In this document: positions 19,382 through 27,448 of the stretch, piece after piece
How positions within the stretch are numbered: the first letter of the stretch is position 1
Layout: each line of letters opens with the position of its first letter
Source of the DNA: Bosea sp. (in: a-proteobacteria)
GTDB taxonomy: Bacteria; Pseudomonadota; Alphaproteobacteria; Rhizobiales; Beijerinckiaceae
Assembly (NCBI RefSeq): GCF_035944895.1
Contig: NZ_DASZAT010000017.1
Span: 1,479-65,478 of the forward strand
Direction of reading: 5' to 3'
DNA length: 64,000 nucleotides
The notes under the pieces: model-generated
Told to the model about the DNA's origin: nothing
The model's input: the letters and a program-made list of their open reading frames with translations, nothing else
Databases searched by the model: none
Made by a program: the position numbers and the translations under genes

Positions 19382-20481
19382 TGCGCGTCCTGATCGCGAC
19401 GGACGCCTGGCGCCCGCAGATCAATGGCGTCGTGCGCTCGCTGGAGCGGATGGTCGAGGCGGCGCCGGAGTTCGGCGTCACCCCGCATATGCTGACGCCG
19501 GAAGGCTTCTGGCAGGTCGGCCTGCCATCCTATCCCGATATCCGCATCGCGCTGGCGACGCGCCGGCATGTCGCCCGGCGGATCGCCGAGTTCGGCCCGG
19601 ACCATATCCATATCGCGACCGAGGGGCCGATCGGCTGGCTGACGCGCGCCGTCTGCCTTGCCCAGAAGCGGACATTCACCACGAGCTACCACACCCGTTT
19701 CCCGCAATATGTCGCGGCGCGCTGGCCGATCCCTGAAAGCTGGAGCTACCGCTTCCTGCGCCGCTTCCATGGGCCGGCGGCGGGCGTGATGGTCTCGACC
19801 GCCACCGTCGAAGCGGAGCTGCGTGCGCACGGCTTCGAGCACATCCTGCGCTGGGGCAGGGGCGTTGATCTCTCCCTGTTTCATCCACGGCCGGAGAGCG
19901 TGCTCGACCTGCCACGGCCGATCTTCCTCAGCGTTGGCCGGGTCGCGGTCGAGAAGAACCTCGAGGCCTTCCTGTCGCTGCGCCTGCCCGGCAGCAAGGT
20001 TGTTGTCGGCGACGGCCCCGCCCGCGCCGACCTCATGCGCGCCTTCCCGGAGGCGCATTTCCTCGGGGCGCGCGAAGGCGAGGATCTTGCTGCCATTTAT
20101 GCATCCTCCGATGTCTTCGTCTTCCCGAGCCTGACCGACACCTTCGGCATCGTGTTGCTGGAGGCGGCGGCCAGCGGCTTGCCGGTCGCGGCCTTCCCGG
20201 TGCAGGGACCGAGCGACGTCTTTGCCGGCAGCGAGGCGGCGGTTCTGCACGAGGATCTGCGCCAGGCGGCGCTCTCGGCCCTGCGTCTGCCGCGCGAGGC
20301 CGGGCTGGAACTGGCACAGCGCCATAGCTGGCACAGCAGCGCCGAGCAGTTCTACGGCCATATGCGCCGGGCGATGCAGGCGGCCGCTGCGGGCAAGGCG
20401 GCGCGCATCGATCCGGCGCCGGCCTCGACGACTGCGCTGTCAGTGCGGCTGGAGACGGCGGAGCGGAAGGAATTCGCTTAA
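19381..20481 (+). CDS. GT4-family (group 1) glycosyltransferase
   Basis: MRVLIATDAWRPQINGVV N-terminus and a C-terminal GT-B domain with the FVFPSLTDTFGIVLLEA (E-x7-E-like) region. The start overlaps the upstream stop (GTGATG). Confidence 0.8.
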   Translation: MRVLIATDAWRPQINGVVRSLERMVEAAPEFGVTPHMLTPEGFWQVGLPSYPDIRIALATRRHVARRIAEFGPDHIHIATEGPIGWLTRAVCLAQKRTFTTSYHTRFPQYVAARWPIPESWSYRFLRRFHGPAAGVMVSTATVEAELRAHGFEHILRWGRGVDLSLFHPRPESVLDLPRPIFLSVGRVAVEKNLEAFLSLRLPGSKVVVGDGPARADLMRAFPEAHFLGAREGEDLAAIYASSDVFVFPSLTDTFGIVLLEAAASGLPVAAFPVQGPSDVFAGSEAAVLHEDLRQAALSALRLPREAGLELAQRHSWHSSAEQFYGHMRRAMQAAAAGKAARIDPAPASTTALSVRLETAERKEFA

Positions 20482-20502
20482 GGCGAAGTCAGGCGCCTGG
20501 CG

Positions 20503-22290
20503 TCACAGCCTTCGCGAGCGAGCATGCCGCGGCAACGCCGGTTGCGGCGCGCTGGCCGGCTTGAGCTCGCTGCGGAAGTCGTCGCGCCGCTGGTGCACCG
20601 AGGCGATGACGAGGCCCATCGGCACGCCGAGGCCGACCAGAGCCGCTTCCGACAATTGCAGGCTCGCCTCGATCGTTTCCGGCACAGCGTCGTTGACGCC
20701 GAGCTCGTAGAGATGCCGCGCATGCTTGGCGTCGCGGGCGCGGGCGACGATGATAAGGTCTTGCCGCACGCCGCGCGCTGCCGCGACGATCTCGTCAACA
20801 GCACGAGGATTGTCGATGGTGACGATCAGCGCGGTCGCCTCCTCCAGGCCGCAGAGCCGCAGGAAGTCGGGCTGGGTGGCGTTGCCGTAGAAGGCCGGGC
20901 GGCCGGCGCGGCGCTGCGCTGCGATCAAAGCCGCATCGGCATCGACGGTGATATAGGGGACCTTGTGCTGCTCGAGCATCTCGCTGACGAGCCGACCGAC
21001 GCGGCCGAGCCCGACGACGATGGCGCGCGGCGCGTGATCGTCCGGCGGCAGGATGTTCGCTTCGTCGGGGAGCTTCACGGCAGGGGCGAGGCGGGCCGAC
21101 AATGTCCGTGCGATGCGAGCGGCGAGCGGCAGGAAGATCATGGTCAGCGAGACGCCGGCGAGCACCAACGAGGCCGCGGTCTGGTCGACCAGCTTGGCGG
21201 CAACCGATGCGGTCAGCAGCACGAAGGCGAACTCGCCGCCGGGGCCGACCATGATCGCGGTTTCGAGCGCGGTCGGCACGGAGAGCTTGAAATAGCGGGC
21301 GAGCAGGAAGGTGATCGCGGCCTTGGCGAGGAAGAGGCCGATGGCGATGCTCAGGATCGCAACCGGCTGGGCCGCCAGCGCCGCCGGGTTCACGCCCATG
21401 CCGACTGTCAGGAAGAAGACGCCGATCAGCAGCGACTTGAACGGCTCAATCGTCACCTCGATGGCGCGGCGATACTCGGTCTCGGCCAGCAGCAACCCGG
21501 CGATGAAGGCGCCGAGGCCCATGGACAGCCCTGCGGCCGCTGCGATCAGCCCGGTACCGAGCGCGACCAGCAGCGTCGCCGCCATGAAGCTCTCGGAGGA
21601 GTCGGTCGAGGCGACCAGGCGAAAGAGCGGGCGCATGGCGAGGCGGCCGATGACGATGATCGCTGCGACCGCCGCCACCGCCTGCAGCAGCGCCTGCGTC
21701 AGGCCGGCGAGCAGCGATCCGCCATTCTGTGCCCCGAGCACGCTGACCAGGAAGAGCAGCGGGATCACCGCGAGGTCCTGGCAGAGCAGGATGGCGAAGC
21801 TTGATCGCCCGGCTGAGGAGGTCATGCGGCGATGGGCCGAGAGCAGCTCGACCACCATCGCGGTCGAGGAGAGGGCGAGTGCCGTGCCGATCAGCAGCGC
21901 TGCAGCGGGCGGCTGGCCGTAGGCGATGGCGACGGCGCTGATCGCCGCAGCGCCGAACGCGACCTGGCCGAGGCCAAGCCCGAAGACGAGCCGGCGCATG
22001 GTCATCAGGCGCTCATAGGAGAGTTCCAGCCCGATGACGAAGAGCAGGAAGGCGACGCCGAGCTCAGCCGGGCCGGCGAGTGCCTCCGCATTCGAGACGG
22101 TGACCGTGCTGAGGTAAGGGATCTTGGCGACGAGGCCACCGAGGCCATAGGGGCCGAGCAAGGCGCCGCAGGCCATGAAGGCGACGACGGAATTGACTCG
22201 GAAGCGCTTGGCGAAGGGCACGATCACGCCGGCCGTGGCGAGCACGACCACGGCGTCACGATAGGCGGAAGGATCGATCGTCCCGGCCAC
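20503..22290 (-). CDS. CPA2-family K+/H+ antiporter with C-terminal RCK/TrkA-N domain (KefB/KefC-like)
   Basis: ~12 TM helices, then a Rossmann-like IVVGLGRVG domain. The start was set to GTG at 22290 (AGAGGG RBS). The ORF extends to 22359, so the start is uncertain. Confidence 0.8.
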   Translation of the reverse strand: MAGTIDPSAYRDAVVVLATAGVIVPFAKRFRVNSVVAFMACGALLGPYGLGGLVAKIPYLSTVTVSNAEALAGPAELGVAFLLFVIGLELSYERLMTMRRLVFGLGLGQVAFGAAAISAVAIAYGQPPAAALLIGTALALSSTAMVVELLSAHRRMTSSAGRSSFAILLCQDLAVIPLLFLVSVLGAQNGGSLLAGLTQALLQAVAAVAAIIVIGRLAMRPLFRLVASTDSSESFMAATLLVALGTGLIAAAAGLSMGLGAFIAGLLLAETEYRRAIEVTIEPFKSLLIGVFFLTVGMGVNPAALAAQPVAILSIAIGLFLAKAAITFLLARYFKLSVPTALETAIMVGPGGEFAFVLLTASVAAKLVDQTAASLVLAGVSLTMIFLPLAARIARTLSARLAPAVKLPDEANILPPDDHAPRAIVVGLGRVGRLVSEMLEQHKVPYITVDADAALIAAQRRAGRPAFYGNATQPDFLRLCGLEEATALIVTIDNPRAVDEIVAAARGVRQDLIIVARARDAKHARHLYELGVNDAVPETIEASLQLSEAALVGLGVPMGLVIASVHQRRDDFRSELKPASAPQPALPRHARSRRL

Positions 22291-22472
22291 GTCACCCTCT
22301 AGGGAATCAGGCGAAGCTGTTGATCTCTCAGCTTTGCTTGCCAGGGCCTTGCAACACAAACCAAAACTCGCTTCAGGCTGACGAAAACTTGCTCCCCCGC
22401 CGGCTGACCTCTAAGCACGATGCCATCCGCGGCGGCAGCAGGGCCGCGGGATAGCCATATGAAGGGCCTCGC

Positions 22473-23318
22473 ATGCGCTTTACCGGCACTGCTTCTTACG
22501 TCGCCACCGAGGACCTGACCGTCGCGGTCAATGCTGCGATCCGGCTGGAGCGGCCGCTGCTGGTCAAGGGCGAGCCCGGCACCGGCAAGACCGTGCTGGC
22601 CGAGGAGATCGCCGCTGCGCTCGGTGCGCCGCTGCTGACCTGGCACGTCAAGTCGACCACCAAGGCGCAGCAGGGGCTCTACGAGTACGACGCGGTCAGC
22701 CGCCTGCGCGACAGCCAGCTCGGCGACTCCAGAGTCTCGGACATCGCCAACTACATCAAACGCGGCAAGCTCTGGGAGGCTTTCGTCTCGCCGGTGCGCC
22801 CTGTGCTGCTGATCGACGAGATCGACAAGGCCGATATCGAGTTCCCGAACGACCTCTTGCTCGAGCTCGACCGCATGGAATTCCATGTCTACGAGACCGG
22901 CGAGACGATCAGGGCGGCGCAGCGGCCGGTGATGATCATCACCTCGAACAACGAGAAGGAATTGCCGGACGCCTTCCTGCGCCGCTGCTTCTTCCACTAC
23001 ATCCGCTTCCCGGACGCCGAGACGATGCAGAGAATCGTCGAGGTGCACTTCCCCGGCATCAAGAAGCGCTTGATGGAGGAGGCGCTGCGCCTGTTCTTCG
23101 AGGTGCGCGAGGTGCCCGGCATCAAGAAGAAGCCCTCGACCTCCGAACTGCTCGACTGGCTGAAGCTGCTCGTCGCCGACGATATCGGCCCCGAGGTGCT
23201 GCGCGAGCGCGACCCCCGTAAGCTGATCCCGCCGCTGCACGGCGCGCTGCTCAAGAACGAGCAGGACGTCTCGCTGTTCGAGAAGCTCGCCTTCATGGCG
23301 CGGCGGGAGAGCCGCTGA
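22473..23318 (+). CDS. MoxR-like AAA+ ATPase (AAA_5 / CbbQ-NorQ-like)
   Basis: Walker A GEPGTGKT, Walker B LLIDEIDKA, 281 aa. Confidence 0.85.
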   Translation: MRFTGTASYVATEDLTVAVNAAIRLERPLLVKGEPGTGKTVLAEEIAAALGAPLLTWHVKSTTKAQQGLYEYDAVSRLRDSQLGDSRVSDIANYIKRGKLWEAFVSPVRPVLLIDEIDKADIEFPNDLLLELDRMEFHVYETGETIRAAQRPVMIITSNNEKELPDAFLRRCFFHYIRFPDAETMQRIVEVHFPGIKKRLMEEALRLFFEVREVPGIKKKPSTSELLDWLKLLVADDIGPEVLRERDPRKLIPPLHGALLKNEQDVSLFEKLAFMARRESR

Positions 23319-23925
23319 GCTTCGCTTCAGGTACGGCGTCGCAAGGCGGGATCGCGGTGGCGAGGTCGACTTTGGGGTCGATGGCGCGGACGGCTTCCTT
23401 CAGGTCGAAATCGCGCATCAGCAGGACATAGTCCTGCGTCTCCGACGTCCTGAGATAGCCGCTCATCGCGATCGGCTTGCCTGAGAGCTCGCCGAGCCGG
23501 CAGGCCTTGTCGGCGCCGAGCGCCAGGCTACCGCGATTGCCGCTGTTCTGCGGGCCGGCGAACATCTCCTCGCGAAAGGCGCCGAGGCGGGTAGCGTCGG
23601 TCCGGCTCAGCCTGAACAGGGTGAAGCGGCGGCCCGGCGAAGCCACCGCCGGCAGCTTCGCCAGTTCGGTGGCATCGCGCACCTCCTCCAGCACGACCTT
23701 GCGCTCATGGCGCCCGCCATCCTTGGGCAAGGCGACGAGCGTCATGGTAACGCCGCCGGGCAGCGTGCGGATATCGGCGGGCAGGCTGATGCCGGCGCGC
23801 AGCTCGGCGAGATCGGTCGTCCTGATATCGACCTTGGACAATTTCGGCAGCGAGGCCAGCGGGACATGGCCGCAGCCGGCGAGCAGGCCGCTAAGCAGCA
23901 ATGAGATAGGTATGGCAGTGCGCAT
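23293..23925 (-). CDS. hypothetical lipoprotein
   Basis: Start trimmed to MRTAIPISLLLSGLLAGC (lipobox LAGC), with an AGGA RBS. The 3' end overlaps the moxR-like 3' end by 26 bp. Confidence 0.55.
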   Translation of the reverse strand: MRTAIPISLLLSGLLAGCGHVPLASLPKLSKVDIRTTDLAELRAGISLPADIRTLPGGVTMTLVALPKDGGRHERKVVLEEVRDATELAKLPAVASPGRRFTLFRLSRTDATRLGAFREEMFAGPQNSGNRGSLALGADKACRLGELSGKPIAMSGYLRTSETQDYVLLMRDFDLKEAVRAIDPKVDLATAIPPCDAVPEAKLSGSPAAP

Positions 23926-23947
23926 CGCGATGTCCTGGTGAATAGCT

Positions 23948-23987
23948 TTGACATTTAGAAATTCATCTCTTAGTTTAATTTTGTCAA
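23948..23987. promoter_or_regulatory. AT-rich divergent promoter region with TTGACA...TGTCAA inverted repeat
   Basis: TTGACA (23948-23953) and TGTCAA (23982-23987) flank an AT-rich 28-nt spacer. The region lies between the lipoprotein gene and the DUF2975 gene. Confidence 0.3.
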
Positions 23988-24004
23988 TCACGGAGCGAAG
24001 CGAT

Positions 24005-24571
24005 ATGGCATCCCTCGTAAGCCCAGCCCGAGATCGGTCGCCAATGGCGAGGCTGCGCCGTGTGAGCACGGTCGCGCGCATCCTGTGCATTGCAGCGGCG
24101 GCTTTGATGGCGTTCGGCGCCGTCTGGCTCTGGCGAGATCCGGAGCAGCTTGTCGCCTATGCCCGCAGCACGATCGGCGTCAGCGCTCCGGTCGGCCCGC
24201 TTTCGGAGCGCGGCTACTGGGCCGCCCTCACGATCGGTCTCGTACCTGCGGGCCTCTTCGTTGCCGCGATGTTGCGGCTATCGAGCCTGTTCGGCCGCTT
24301 CGGCCGTGGCCATGTGCTGGAAGAAGAGAATGCGCAGCGCCTAACCCGGGTCGGCTGGCTGCTGACGGCGATGGGCGTGGCGACGCCGCTGACGCGCGCG
24401 CTGCAGAGCGTGGCGCTGACCTTCGACAATCCTTCAGGCCAGAAGCAGCTGGCGATCACGCTCGATCCGGGGACGTTCGGTGTGCTGGCGGCGGGCGCCG
24501 CGCTGGTCGCCTTCGGGCTGGTGCTCAAAGAGGCGGTTCGGCTCGCGGACGAGAATCAGAGTTTCGTGTAG
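24005..24571 (+). CDS. DUF2975-like membrane protein
   Basis: 4 TM helices, ~188 aa. Immediately followed by a small YozG-like HTH gene, which is the usual DUF2975 pairing. The start is uncertain. Confidence 0.6.
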   Translation: MASLVSPARDRSPMARLRRVSTVARILCIAAAALMAFGAVWLWRDPEQLVAYARSTIGVSAPVGPLSERGYWAALTIGLVPAGLFVAAMLRLSSLFGRFGRGHVLEEENAQRLTRVGWLLTAMGVATPLTRALQSVALTFDNPSGQKQLAITLDPGTFGVLAAGAALVAFGLVLKEAVRLADENQSFV

Positions 24572-24581
24572 GAGTTGGGCG

Positions 24582-24827
24582 ATGCCGATCATCGTCGAAC
24601 TCGATGTCATGCTGGCGCGTCGCAAGATGCGCTCGAAGGAACTGGCCCAGCGCATCGGGCTGACCGAGCAGCAGGTCTCGCAGCTGAAATCCGGCAAGGT
24701 GCGCGGCATGCGCTTCGATACGCTGACGCGGATTTGCGCCGTGCTCGATTGCCAGCCCGGCGATCTGCTGCGCTATGAGCCAGCCGCCGAAGACCTCGCG
24801 TTCGATCCCGATCCCGCCGAGACGTAG
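24582..24827 (+). CDS. small XRE-family HTH regulator (YozG-like)
   Basis: MPIIVELDVMLARRKMRSKELAQRIGLTEQQVSQLKSGKVRGMRFDTLTRICAVLDCQPGDLL. 81 aa. Confidence 0.8.
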   Translation: MPIIVELDVMLARRKMRSKELAQRIGLTEQQVSQLKSGKVRGMRFDTLTRICAVLDCQPGDLLRYEPAAEDLAFDPDPAET

Positions 24828-24832
24828 CAGGC

Positions 24833-26107
24833 TCAGCCGAACCCGAGCAGCGGCCGCGCCTGCAGCGCCGCGACGAGCGCGGTCGCCGTGATGGCGGCAT
24901 AGGCGGCGGAGACTGTGCCGAGCGCGACGAGCCCGGTCTTGCTCTGTCGCATTGCCAGCCAGAGAGACACGCCGATCGCCGGGATGATCTGCAAAGCGTG
25001 CAGGCCGAGGAAATGCGCGATGCGCAGGTCGCCGATCGCCAGCGACCAGCCGAAGATCGGGACTGTCCGGTGATCGACCGGCACGACGCCGACATAATGC
25101 CCGCTCGCGCTGGAGCTGAGGATCGCGCCGCTGGCGAGCCCTAGGACGCAAGTGAGGGCGAGCCCGACGACCAATGACCAGCGCACGACCTGCGGCATCG
25201 GGGCAGCATCGCGGCGGGACAAGCCATAGGCCAGGAAGCCGGGCGCGATCGTGAACATCACTGCGCCGACACCCATCAGGCTGTAGAGCGCGATGCCGAC
25301 CCAGTCGTCGCGATTATAGTGCGAGGCTTCGACCCGCGAGGCGCGCCAGGCGATGTAGAGCACTTCGAGGACGATCGGCACGATCACCGGCCAGACCATG
25401 TAGCGCCCGAGCCAGGAGGCGCGGAAGCGGTCGCTCGCGAGCGGCAGGAACAGCGCCAGCGTCAGCAGGTAGAATGCGACCGAGAGCTCGAACTTCAGCG
25501 GCTTGATCCAGGTGTCGACGCCGTGGAACTGCCTGGTGTCGATCAGCAAGGCGAGCAGAGTAGGCACCGCCAAAGCGAGCATGGCGAAGGCCGCGGCTGT
25601 GAGGCGTGGTTCAAGTTCGAGATCAGGCAACCAGGTGGGAAGGCGGGCCTGCAGGCGGGCGATCCGGTCTTCGCACGCCAGGCGAAAGCAGGCTTCCAGC
25701 AGCAGATAGGTCAGGTAGCCGAACGGGCCGAACAGGAAGGTCATGAGCAGCACTGGCAGCATCAGCCAGTGCGGGATCGCTTCCGCTTGCGAGCGTCGCA
25801 GGATCCAGTTGCCGAGGAAGAGGTCGAAGGCGAGGTAGTGGACCCATCCGGCGAGCAGCAGTGGTTTCGAGGCGAACAGGGCCGCGACCGAATCGAGCGA
25901 GGAGAAGCCGCCCTTGGCGTCGTGCCAGTGGACGGCGATCAGCACGGCATAGCCGAGCGAGAGCAGGGCCGGGATGATCCAGCCGGCCAGCGTCGCCGAG
26001 ATGCCGCGCCAGCGCGGCAGCAGGATCAAGGCGGCCCAGCCGATCATGGCGAGTTGACCTGCCCGGGTGAAGGCATCGTCGAAGCTGAGAGGCATCGTGC
26101 ACTCCAA
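24833..26107 (-). CDS. membrane protein with N-terminal ABA4-like (DUF4281) domain fused to a second polytopic domain
   Basis: The LLLAGWVHYLAFDLFLGNWI motif is typical of the ABA4-like family (normally ~150 aa). Here it is followed by a further ~270 aa with ~7 TM helices. The start could be 26095 (MPLSF). Confidence 0.6.
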   Translation of the reverse strand: MECTMPLSFDDAFTRAGQLAMIGWAALILLPRWRGISATLAGWIIPALLSLGYAVLIAVHWHDAKGGFSSLDSVAALFASKPLLLAGWVHYLAFDLFLGNWILRRSQAEAIPHWLMLPVLLMTFLFGPFGYLTYLLLEACFRLACEDRIARLQARLPTWLPDLELEPRLTAAAFAMLALAVPTLLALLIDTRQFHGVDTWIKPLKFELSVAFYLLTLALFLPLASDRFRASWLGRYMVWPVIVPIVLEVLYIAWRASRVEASHYNRDDWVGIALYSLMGVGAVMFTIAPGFLAYGLSRRDAAPMPQVVRWSLVVGLALTCVLGLASGAILSSSASGHYVGVVPVDHRTVPIFGWSLAIGDLRIAHFLGLHALQIIPAIGVSLWLAMRQSKTGLVALGTVSAAYAAITATALVAALQARPLLGFG

Positions 26108-26148
26108 TCTTGACGCTGTTCAGTTGCGGGTCCGTCCTATTGGGTTAT

Positions 26149-26163
26149 CTTGACGGCGTCAAG
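26149..26163. promoter_or_regulatory. candidate TetR operator palindrome CTTGAC-ggc-GTCAAG
   Basis: Perfect 6-bp arms. A related ATCTTGACG half-site recurs at 26107-26115. It lies in the divergent tetR / ABA4-like intergenic region. Confidence 0.35.
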
Positions 26164-26193
26164 TTTGATGGCGGCAGGCGGGCGGGGCGTGCG

Positions 26194-26898
26194 ATGGATG
26201 CGAAGGTCGGCAAACGGGGCGGCTATCATCACGGCGATCTGCGGCAGGCGATGATCGACGCGGCCGAGGCGGTGCTGGCCGAGAAGGGCGTCGGCGGCTT
26301 CACTTTGCGCGAATGCGCCCGCCGTGCCGGGGTCTCGCCGGCGGCGCCGGCGCATCATTTCGGCAACCTCGCCGGCCTCCTGACCGCGATCGCGACGCTT
26401 GGCTTCGACGATCTGTCCGAGAGCATGGAGGCGGCGGTTGCGAAGGCCAAGGCGACCGGTGGAGACCGGTTGGCGGCGATCTGCGAGGCCTATCTCACCG
26501 TTGCGTTGACCAGGCCCGGCCGCTTCCGCGTCGTCTTCGGGCGACTCGGCCTGAAGAGCGGCGACGAGGATCTGCGTCGTGCCGCCGTCCGCGCCTTCGG
26601 CATCCTGGTTCGCGAAACCAAGCTGGCATTGGGGCGCGAGATCGACGGGGATGTGCTGACGCGGCTCCCGTCGAGCTATGGCGGCGATGCCGATCTCGCC
26701 GAGATCCTGTTCGTCTGGTCGATCACGCATGGCTTCTCGACCATGCTGATCGACGGACAGCTCGCGCCGCTGGAGATGCAGCCGGGTGGGCGCGAGCGGC
26801 TGATCGGCCTGTATTCGGGCCGGCTGATGGAGATGCTGCTCGCCGCGGTGCGGGCTTCCGTGGCCAAGCCACTCGCAAATCCCGCCAGCCATGGTTAG
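26194..26898 (+). CDS. TetR-family transcriptional regulator
   Basis: Start trimmed to MDAKVGKRGGYHHGDLRQAMIDAA. The TetR HTH is FTLRECARRAGVSPAAPAHHF. Confidence 0.8.
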   Translation: MDAKVGKRGGYHHGDLRQAMIDAAEAVLAEKGVGGFTLRECARRAGVSPAAPAHHFGNLAGLLTAIATLGFDDLSESMEAAVAKAKATGGDRLAAICEAYLTVALTRPGRFRVVFGRLGLKSGDEDLRRAAVRAFGILVRETKLALGREIDGDVLTRLPSSYGGDADLAEILFVWSITHGFSTMLIDGQLAPLEMQPGGRERLIGLYSGRLMEMLLAAVRASVAKPLANPASHG

Positions 26899-27435
26899 AT
26901 GGCGGCCATGCGCCGCCTCATGCTTCTGCGCCATGCCAAATCGGCTTGGCCCGCCAACACCGCCGATCGCGACCGGCCGCTCGCCACGCGTGGTCGCGAA
27001 GCCGCCCCGGTCATGGGGCGCTATCTCGCCGAGGAATTGCTGCTGCCGGATCTCGTTCTGATCTCGCCGGCCAAGCGCACGGTCGAGACCTGGGAGCTGG
27101 TTAAGCCGATGCTGCCGGAGAAGCCGGCGACGCAGTTCGAGCCGCGTATCTACGAGGCCAGCCGGGAACGGCTGCTCAAGGTCGTGCAGGAAACGGAGCC
27201 TGAAGTTCGCACGCTCCTGATGATCGGCCATAATCCCGGCTTCGAGGAACTCGCCGCCAGGCTCGCCGGCCATGGCGACCGCTATGCGGCAGCGCGGATG
27301 GCGCAGAAATACCCGACCTGCGGGCTCGCCGTGATCGATTTTGCCATCGAGGACTGGCGCGATCTCGCCGCGCAAGGCGGCCGGCTCGACCGTTTCGTCA
27401 CGCCGGCCTCGCTTGGCGAGGGGCCTGACGAATGA
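26899..27435 (+). CDS. SixA-like histidine phosphatase
   Basis: LMLLRHAKS catalytic RHG-type motif and a downstream GHNPG motif. The start abuts the tetR stop. Confidence 0.75.
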   Translation: MAAMRRLMLLRHAKSAWPANTADRDRPLATRGREAAPVMGRYLAEELLLPDLVLISPAKRTVETWELVKPMLPEKPATQFEPRIYEASRERLLKVVQETEPEVRTLLMIGHNPGFEELAARLAGHGDRYAAARMAQKYPTCGLAVIDFAIEDWRDLAAQGGRLDRFVTPASLGEGPDE

Positions 27436-27448
27436 TGCGGATCGCCTG

